Source: Psychrobacter cryohalolentis K5
Lineage (GTDB): Bacteria > Pseudomonadota > Gammaproteobacteria > Pseudomonadales > Moraxellaceae
Direction: 5' to 3'
DNA: 32,000 nt
Assembly: GCF_000013905.1 (NCBI RefSeq)
Contig: NC_007969.1
Location: 1,620,001 to 1,652,000 of the forward strand
Below, piece by piece: positions 25,774 to 32,000 of the stretch; positions within the stretch are counted from its first letter, which is position 1, and each line of letters starts with the position of its first letter. The notes below the pieces were generated by a model. It was not told where the DNA came from and made no database searches. It saw only the letters and a program-made list of their open reading frames with translations. A program made the translations under genes and the position numbers.

Positions 25774-26496
25774 ATGAAACAGGCTTTATTGATTTTGTCA
25801 GTACTGGGTATGGGCATAGCACAAACGAGTGGTGCTGCTATCACAATCTCTCAAACAAATAATACCATCACCAATACTTCTGTGGCATCAAACTACGGTT
25901 CATCAAAAAACATCTATAGCACTAGCAGTGGTGCTTATGTTTCTAGTAATGACGAAATCAGTCAAGCTATTAGCAACCTAAGTGCGCAGGCTAAGCAAAA
26001 AGAGAGTCGGCTTTCATCATTAAACAGCCGCTTATACGCTGAAAAACAACAGCAGCAAGTCAATACAGTTCCTGATAGCAATTCAGCCCCCGCTATCGCT
26101 GCTGCTCGTGCTTCACGAGTGGCTCTATCTGGTAGCTCTGGATACTGTGCCCGTTACGTACGTAAAGCACTACAATCAGCAGGTTATGAGTTCACCCCCA
26201 ATCCTTCAGCCTATCAGTACGCCACTCGTGGCACGCTTGATAAAGCAGGTTTTAGCAAAATCAGTAATGATATGCCAACCCAAGTAGGTGATGTTATTGT
26301 CTATGATCGCTCATCAAAGCGTCCACATGGCCATATCCAAATCTTTGATGGCGAAAACTGGATTTCTGATTTCCGTCAGAACAGCATCAGCCCATACAGT
26401 GGTGTCTATGCTTATACCACATGGCGTGATTCAAAATACGTGGATGACGCATCCGCATCAGATCGAAATATCTACCTTGCTATGAATGATAAATAA
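25774..26496 (+). CDS. Secreted papain-like Cys-His hydrolase (NlpC/P60-CHAP superfamily, peptidoglycan-amidase-like) with a Q/S-rich N-terminal region
   Basis: Sec signal peptide MKQALLILSVLGMGIAQTSGA. The C-terminal ~110 aa carry SGYCARYVRKALQSAGY (candidate catalytic Cys) and GDVIVYD...HGHIQIFDG (candidate His). The start is set at ATG 25774; the track start is a TTG at 25717. Confidence 0.55.
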   Translation: MKQALLILSVLGMGIAQTSGAAITISQTNNTITNTSVASNYGSSKNIYSTSSGAYVSSNDEISQAISNLSAQAKQKESRLSSLNSRLYAEKQQQQVNTVPDSNSAPAIAAARASRVALSGSSGYCARYVRKALQSAGYEFTPNPSAYQYATRGTLDKAGFSKISNDMPTQVGDVIVYDRSSKRPHGHIQIFDGENWISDFRQNSISPYSGVYAYTTWRDSKYVDDASASDRNIYLAMNDK

Positions 26497-26538
26497 GACC
26501 TGATAAGTCAGCACAACATAGTTATTATTTCCTCCAAC

Positions 26539-26575
26539 CCCAGTAGTGATCTTAATATCATTGCTGGGTTTTTTT
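26539..26575 (+). terminator. Rho-independent terminator after the amidase-like gene
   Basis: CCCAGTAGTGAT / ATCATTGCTGGG form a 12-bp stem including two G-U pairs, with a 6-nt loop, followed by T7. Confidence 0.8.
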
Positions 26576-26644
26576 GTGCTTAACATCAGGGTGTATTTAA
26601 CCTTTCATGATTTGATCAGTCAGAAATGAACACTACTAATATCA

Positions 26645-27055
26645 TTACTCATGACAAGAATTATCGGCAAGAGCCTTTAATATCCCACATGATACCGCTG
26701 GTGCACTACTTGCACATTTCTGGCGCAAAACAGTCAAGTGCTGCTTTAAGTGCATCAGTTCTTCCATTCGTATTTCTACAGCATAAATTTGCTTATCTAG
26801 TAAGGAGCTCACATCACCACAGTCTTTATCAGGTTCCTCCCAAAACTCAAGTAAGATTCGTACTTCGTCTAGAGCCATGTCAAGCGTACGGCAGTGTAGG
26901 ATAAATTGTAGACGCTCAATGTGCTCTTCATTATATAAACGATAATTCCCTGCGCTGCGAGAAGGCTCAGGTAATAAGTGCTCCTTTTCGTAATAGCGAA
27001 TGGTTTCCACTGTGGCACCTGTGCGTTTAGCGAGCTCACCAATTTTGATTGTCAT
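26645..27055 (-). CDS. cadR: MerR-family Cd(II)/Pb(II)/Zn(II)-responsive regulator (CadR/ZntR type)
   Basis: IGELAKRTGATVETIRYYEKEHLLPEP HTH, a coiled-coil dimerisation helix, and Cys residues at DKDC and in the C-terminal loop C-x8-C. Confidence 0.85.
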   Translation of the reverse strand: MTIKIGELAKRTGATVETIRYYEKEHLLPEPSRSAGNYRLYNEEHIERLQFILHCRTLDMALDEVRILLEFWEEPDKDCGDVSSLLDKQIYAVEIRMEELMHLKQHLTVLRQKCASSAPAVSCGILKALADNSCHE

Positions 27056-27141
27056 AATAACCTCTATGATTTAAATAATTAAAGTGGCTGTAAAGACTGG
27101 CGCTAGAGAAATTAAATTTACAAAACTGTAGATAGACAACC

Positions 27142-27172
27142 TTGACTCTAAAGCCACTAGAGGGTTCATAAT
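27142..27172 (+). promoter_or_regulatory. MerR-type promoter of the P1B ATPase gene: -35 TTGACT, 19-bp spacer containing the dyad CTCTA-N7-TAGAG, -10 CATAAT
   Basis: TTGACT at 27142-27147, dyad at 27146-27162, CATAAT at 27167-27172. The overlong 19-bp spacer is the hallmark of MerR-activated promoters. Confidence 0.75.
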
Positions 27173-27197
27173 ACCATTATTCAAAGGGTAAATTATT

Positions 27198-29414
27198 ATG
27201 AAATATCATATTGAAGGTATGGACTGTGCCAGTTGCATCGGCAAGATTGAAACAGCTTTGAAACGTATGCCTGGGGTTTCTGATGTTGAGCTAAATTTTG
27301 CTACAGAAACGCTAGAGCTAAGCTTGGCCCCTGATGCGCCGACTCAGGCTAGTGATATTGAAAAAACCATCAAAAGCCTAGGGTTCGGTATATCTGCCAA
27401 TACTGGTCAACAAACTGTATCGGCTATTGATATTGACAGCGACAATCAGATGGCTCCGCAGGATAAGCGGTGGTGGCAAACTCAAAAAGGCAAACAGGTT
27501 GTTGGTCTCGGTATTTTGATGGGCAGCGCTTATGCACTGTCACTACTGTTCCCCGCTTATGGGATATGGGTGTTTGCCATCGCTGTGATTGTAGGCGTTT
27601 TTCCATTTGCACGCAAAGCCTTAGCACTGGCTAAAACAGGTTCATTCTTTTCAATTGAAACGCTGATGTCCGTCGCCGTGCTTGGCGCACTTATCATTGG
27701 TGAAGCTGAAGAGGCCGCAGCGGTTGTCTTTTTGTTCTCAATCGGTGAACTGTTTGAGAGTATCGCTGCTGATCGCGCTCGCGCTGGCATCAGAGCCTTA
27801 TCATCGCTGGTTCCGAAAAGTGCGATTTTACTTGATGCTCAAGGTGGGCAGCGTAACGTTCCAGCGACTTCACTACAAGTGAATGACCTTGTGCTGGTGC
27901 GTCCTGGAGATAGGGTATCTGCTGATGGTTCCATTGTTCAAGGTGCGTCCAGCCTTGATGATTCGCCCGTGACGGGAGAGTCTGTTCCTGTTGCCAAGAC
28001 GATGGGTGACAATGTATTTGCAGGGTCAATTAACATCGATGGTGTGCTCCAAGTGCGCGTAGAAAAGACAGCCGCCGATAACACTATTTCGCGCATTATT
28101 GATTTGGTAGAGCAAGCGCAAGCTTCCAAAGCACCCACTGCCCGTTTTATTGAGAAATTCAGTCGTTACTATACACCGGCTGTGATGGCTATTGCCGCCC
28201 TAATTATCATCGTCCCACCGTTAACCATGGGCGGAGATTGGTCAACTTGGTTATATCGAGGTCTAGCCTTATTATTGATCGCTTGTCCTTGTGCTCTTGT
28301 GCTCTCAACACCAGCTGCTATCGCCTCTGGTCTAGCGGTCGGTGCGCGCCGCGGCTTGCTGATCAAGGGCGGTAGTGCTTTAGAAACCATCGGCCAAGTG
28401 AAGACAGTCGCTTTTGACAAGACAGGCACTTTAACTGAAGGCAAACCACGCGTGACCGATGTTGTTGACATTACACAAGAGTATTCAAGTGTTCAAGGTC
28501 AGGATTCTCAGGATCAGGGTTCTCAAGGTAAAGATAAGGTATTGGCGCTCTTTGCCAGTGTGGAGACAGGTTCTAGTCACCCGCTTGCTGAAGCCATTGT
28601 CAGTCATGCCAAAGCCGCCAAAGTTGTCATACCTGTGGCTTCTAAAGCTTCTGCTACTGCGGGTAAAGCGGTACACGCAACTATCGCTGGGCGCGCGCTA
28701 GCTATCGGTTCGCCTGTTTATGCCGCAGATGAGGCATCAATTTCAGCCGAGCAACAGGCACAAATCGAGGCGCTGCAAAATGAGGGCAAGACCGTCTCAG
28801 TTCTTTTCGATGAGCAAAGTCGAGAAGTGCTTGGATTGGTCGCACTAAGAGACGAGTTACGAGACGACGCTCATGAAGGTGTGGCTCAACTTAAAGCGAT
28901 GGGTGTGCGCTCTGTTATGCTAACAGGCGACAACCGCTTAACCGCTCAAGCACTTGCCAGTAATTTAGACGTGGAATGGGAAGCTGAGCTGTTGCCTGAG
29001 GACAAACTGCGCTTGCTTAACGAGATGAAGAATAACAGCAAAATAGCGATGGTGGGTGATGGTATTAACGATGCGCCAGCACTAGCAACCGCTGATGTTG
29101 GCATCGCGATGGGTGGTGGTACCGATGTGGCCATTGAGACGGCCGATATCGCATTATTAAAAAGTCGTGTTACAGACATGGCCCATCTGATTGCACTTTC
29201 GCGTGCCACCATGCGCAACATTCATCAGAACGTCATTTTCGCTTTAGGTCTCAAAGGCGTCTTTCTGATCACGACCGTATTCGGCATTACTGGACTATGG
29301 ATTGCGGTTCTAGCTGATGCTGGAGCAACAGTGCTCGTTACTCTCAATGCGTTACGTTTACTGCGCTTTAAAGGCGCGCCTCCACTGGTAACTCCGCCTA
29401 AAGTAGTTAAATAA
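27198..29414 (+). CDS. zntA: Zn/Cd/Pb-translocating P1B-2-type ATPase
   Basis: One N-terminal HMA domain (GMDCASC), TM6 CPC (IACPCALVLSTP), DKTGTLT, GDGINDAP, and the C-terminal LADAGATVLVTLNALRLL with the conserved Asp. Confidence 0.92.
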   Translation: MKYHIEGMDCASCIGKIETALKRMPGVSDVELNFATETLELSLAPDAPTQASDIEKTIKSLGFGISANTGQQTVSAIDIDSDNQMAPQDKRWWQTQKGKQVVGLGILMGSAYALSLLFPAYGIWVFAIAVIVGVFPFARKALALAKTGSFFSIETLMSVAVLGALIIGEAEEAAAVVFLFSIGELFESIAADRARAGIRALSSLVPKSAILLDAQGGQRNVPATSLQVNDLVLVRPGDRVSADGSIVQGASSLDDSPVTGESVPVAKTMGDNVFAGSINIDGVLQVRVEKTAADNTISRIIDLVEQAQASKAPTARFIEKFSRYYTPAVMAIAALIIIVPPLTMGGDWSTWLYRGLALLLIACPCALVLSTPAAIASGLAVGARRGLLIKGGSALETIGQVKTVAFDKTGTLTEGKPRVTDVVDITQEYSSVQGQDSQDQGSQGKDKVLALFASVETGSSHPLAEAIVSHAKAAKVVIPVASKASATAGKAVHATIAGRALAIGSPVYAADEASISAEQQAQIEALQNEGKTVSVLFDEQSREVLGLVALRDELRDDAHEGVAQLKAMGVRSVMLTGDNRLTAQALASNLDVEWEAELLPEDKLRLLNEMKNNSKIAMVGDGINDAPALATADVGIAMGGGTDVAIETADIALLKSRVTDMAHLIALSRATMRNIHQNVIFALGLKGVFLITTVFGITGLWIAVLADAGATVLVTLNALRLLRFKGAPPLVTPPKVVK

Positions 29415-29535
29415 AACCCTTCGAAATCAATTAAAAACTAGAGATAGCAGCAGATTTCGGGGGTGGGTTCTAATAATAAAAATTCCACCGCTACAGTAAA
29501 CTGCAACCGCATTAGAGTAAATAAGGTTAGACCGT

Positions 29536-31584
29536 ATGTTGATTACAGAATTGGGCTATTTTGCCTTGCTTACCGCTTTTGTATTGGCGTTATTGCAGGT
29601 AATTCTGCCAACTATTGGTGTTATTCGTAACCAAGTTGCTTGGCAACGACTAGCCCCTAGCTTAGCTTGGGCACAGTTTGCCGCCATGATAACGTCATTT
29701 GGCGCTTTGATAGCAGGTTTTTATTATAATGATTTTAGCCTCAGTTACGTCGCGCAGCATTCCAATACGCTGTTGCCTTGGTACTATAAGTTATCGGCGA
29801 CATGGGGCGGACACGAGGGCTCTTTGCTGCTATGGATGACCATCATGGCCACATGGTGTGCACTGGTATCATACTTTAGTCGCGGCTTGCCGTTATCAAT
29901 GCGTGCGCGGGTATTAGTTATTTTGGCCGGTGTACAGTTAATGATGCTAACAATGCTGATATTTACCTCGTCACCGTTTGAGCGTACCTTACCCAATCTA
30001 GCGGTCGATGGCGCTGATTTAAATCCTGTCCTACAAGATTTCGGTCTGATTATTCATCCGCCCATGTTATATATGGGCTATGTGGGTATGGTAGTGCCTT
30101 TTGCATTTTGTATGGCGGCATTGTGGGAAGGGCGTTTAGATGCTGCTTGGACACGCTGGTCACGTCCATGGGCGCTCGCGGCTTGGGGATTTTTGACCAT
30201 TGGTATTGCACTGGGCTCGTGGTGGGCCTACTACGAGCTTGGCTGGGGCGGTTGGTGGTTTTGGGATCCGGTAGAGAACGCCTCGTTTATGCCTTGGCTT
30301 GTCGGCTTAGCATTGCTGCATTCATTAGCAGTCACTGAAAAGCGCGGGGTGTTTAAAGCATGGACCATCATGCTGGCTATTTTCGCCTTTGCCTTAAGCT
30401 TGCTTGGCACGTTCCTGGTACGCTCTGGAGTCCTTACCTCAGTGCATTCGTTTGCCGCTGATCCGACGCGTGGTTTGGTCATCTTAGCTATTCTTGGCAT
30501 TATCATCGGTAGTGGTCTATTAATGTTTGCCGTTCGCGGTTGGCGTTTAACCGTTGAAAGTCAATATCAGCTGATTTCACGTGAGTCCTTTTTAGTGATC
30601 AATAACGCCATCATTTTGATTGCAACCTTAGTGGTGCTGCTCGGCACCCTCTATCCTATTATCGCTGATGCCTTTGGTTTAGGACAAGTGTCCGTTGGCC
30701 CTCCTTATTTTAATGCATTATTTGTACCTTTAACGTGGCTGTTATTAATAGCTATGGGTATGGGCTCAAATATTCGCTGGAAAAAAGACACCCGTCCACT
30801 ACTGGGTATAGGCATGGTCATCGCCGTTAGTAGCTTAGTATTAGCCGCCATTATTACTTACTTTGTTAATCCATCGTCTATGCTTAATATTGGTGTGACT
30901 TTAGCCGTTAGCTTTTGGGTACTGCTATGGATGGCAGTTGATTTTAAAGATAAAACTAAGAATGCGCCTAATTTTTTTAACGGTTTGCGGCAGTTGCGTC
31001 TGAGCTATTGGGGTCAACAGACTGCTCATATTGGCGTATTGGTTGCTGTCATTGGCATAGCCTTTACTAGTAGCTTGAGTATTGAGCGTGACGTAGCAAT
31101 GGGTATTGGCGATACAGTCAATGTTCAAGGTTACGATTTTGAAGTAACTGAATTTTTTGAAATAAAGGGTAGTAACTTTGATGCAACGCAGGCGCAAGTC
31201 GTGGTATCCAAAAACGGTCGTGAAGTGGCGAAACTGAATCCAGAAAAGCGTACTTATATCATTAGCACTATGCCGACCACTGAGGCGGCCATTGATGCTA
31301 GCCTAATGCGCGATGTTTATGTCGCACTGGGCGAACCTATTGCCGATGGTAGTAACCAATGGGCATTAAGGATTTATGTAAAACCATTAATTCGCTGGAT
31401 TTGGTTAGGGGCAATTATCATGGCTCTAGGTGGATTAATTAGCATGCTTGATAAACGATACCGCATCAAAAAAGTTAAAGCTCCATTGCTAGTTACTGGT
31501 GATCTGGCTACTGATGGAGTCAATGAGGTAGCTATTGAGCAGGCAATCTCAGCATCGACGATGTCGACACTAAAGGAGAAATAA
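29536..31584 (+). CDS. ccmF: Cytochrome c-type biogenesis heme lyase subunit CcmF
   Basis: WGGHEGSLLLW, the WWD-type motif GWGGWWFWDPVENAS, multiple TM segments and conserved His residues. Confidence 0.92.
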   Translation: MLITELGYFALLTAFVLALLQVILPTIGVIRNQVAWQRLAPSLAWAQFAAMITSFGALIAGFYYNDFSLSYVAQHSNTLLPWYYKLSATWGGHEGSLLLWMTIMATWCALVSYFSRGLPLSMRARVLVILAGVQLMMLTMLIFTSSPFERTLPNLAVDGADLNPVLQDFGLIIHPPMLYMGYVGMVVPFAFCMAALWEGRLDAAWTRWSRPWALAAWGFLTIGIALGSWWAYYELGWGGWWFWDPVENASFMPWLVGLALLHSLAVTEKRGVFKAWTIMLAIFAFALSLLGTFLVRSGVLTSVHSFAADPTRGLVILAILGIIIGSGLLMFAVRGWRLTVESQYQLISRESFLVINNAIILIATLVVLLGTLYPIIADAFGLGQVSVGPPYFNALFVPLTWLLLIAMGMGSNIRWKKDTRPLLGIGMVIAVSSLVLAAIITYFVNPSSMLNIGVTLAVSFWVLLWMAVDFKDKTKNAPNFFNGLRQLRLSYWGQQTAHIGVLVAVIGIAFTSSLSIERDVAMGIGDTVNVQGYDFEVTEFFEIKGSNFDATQAQVVVSKNGREVAKLNPEKRTYIISTMPTTEAAIDASLMRDVYVALGEPIADGSNQWALRIYVKPLIRWIWLGAIIMALGGLISMLDKRYRIKKVKAPLLVTGDLATDGVNEVAIEQAISASTMSTLKEK

Positions 31585-32000
31585 ATGACTATGTCGAATA
31601 ATACTCCTGAGCAAAAAGATAGCCAAAACAGTAAGCAGCGTAACCCAAAGACAATGAAAAAAAAGCAGACGAAGCTATGGTTCTTAATTCCGCTTATCCT
31701 CTTTTTTGGTTTGGTAGTTATATTGTACATGCGCTTAGGTAAACCAACAGACATTGTGACCAATACCGCTCTTGAGCGTCCGGTTCCTACCTTTGAGCTG
31801 CCGTTATTAGCAGATACTACCCGTACTATCACCAATGATAATTTGCCAGATAAGCCGTTTTTACTTAATGTTTGGGGCTCATGGTGCCCAACTTGCGTTA
31901 TTGAGCATCCGTTTTTAATGCAACTAGAAGAGCGCGGCGTTGATATCGTTGGTGTGAATTATAAGGATGAGATTGGTAATGCGCTCAGTTACTTAAACCG
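31585..32000 (+). CDS. ccmG: Thiol:disulfide interchange protein DsbE/CcmG (3' end outside the window)
   Basis: My own translation, as this ORF is not in the track. The ATG directly abuts the ccmF stop (TAAATG). An N-terminal TM anchor is followed by FLLNVWGSWCPTCVIEHPFL and VGVNYKD, matching E. coli DsbE around its CxxC motif. Confidence 0.88.
   Translation, partial: MTMSNNTPEQKDSQNSKQRNPKTMKKKQTKLWFLIPLILFFGLVVILYMRLGKPTDIVTNTALERPVPTFELPLLADTTRTITNDNLPDKPFLLNVWGSWCPTCVIEHPFLMQLEERGVDIVGVNYKDEIGNALSYLN

Noticed and set aside
26626-26904. 92-aa plus-strand ORF
   Set aside because: It is entirely antisense to the well-supported cadR/zntR-type gene.
27424-29221. Many 60-100 aa ORFs inside and antisense to zntA (27424-27627, 27557-27790, 27790-28029, 27938-28138, 28169-28471, 28485-28676, 28946-29221 on the minus strand; 27682-27882 and 28459-28701 on the plus strand in other frames)
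   Set aside because: These are shadow ORFs inside a strongly supported, full-length P1B ATPase gene. They have low-complexity, Arg/Ser/Ala-rich translations and no start context.
1-32000. CRISPR arrays, tRNA/rRNA genes, and hallmark defence enzymes (reverse transcriptase, cyclase, nuclease-helicase, Cas)
   Set aside because: I saw no regularly spaced direct repeats, cloverleaf-like segments or such domains in any of the listed ORF translations. The only tandem repeats are two 9-bp duplications (16518-16535 and 20261-20287).

Overview
The gene content and AT-rich codon usage suggest a chromosomal segment of a Moraxellaceae-type gammaproteobacterium, possibly Psychrobacter-like. That assignment is inference only and was not searched.

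Most of the window is ordinary core or shell genome:
- Nitrate assimilation: the 3' end of nasA plus a siroheme-pathway methyltransferase.
- Three divergent regulator/target pairs: LysR with an OYE reductase, LysR with a tandem DUF606 transporter pair, and MocR with an MFS transporter.
- Glutaminase, lipoprotein maturation (lgt, lnt) and cytochrome c maturation (ccmF, ccmG).
- A dense set of metal-homeostasis modules: an RcnR-like repressor with a MntP-family exporter and a divergent ynfA, a DUF411/CopG-like lipoprotein, and a CadR/ZntR-type MerR regulator with a ZntA/CadA P1B ATPase.

Two visibly AT-richer patches look accessory:
- About 8.7-12.4 kb holds an atypical ABC half-transporter with a very compact ATPase domain, a GNAT acetyltransferase and a thiopurine/tellurite methyltransferase.
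- About 16.1-19.4 kb holds frameshifted gene debris, an orphan StbB/ParA-like plasmid-stability ATPase and a compact IS630-family element inserted 46 bp upstream of it.

I found no CRISPR array, tRNA, rRNA or recognisable defence-system enzyme.

The best candidates for something undescribed are:
1. The RcnR-like/MntP-like operon and divergent ynfA, which share a single TACT-G8-T-AGCA operator-like site. The repressor gene also carries an in-frame 9-bp x3 tandem repeat.
2. The compact-NBD ABC protein.
3. The 16-19 kb plasmid-relic island, with its inverted-repeat and small-transcript-like element.
4. A family of AGGGT(T)AA-core palindromes next to a secreted Cys-His amidase-like protein.

All functional calls rest on motif recognition by eye. 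No database search was run.
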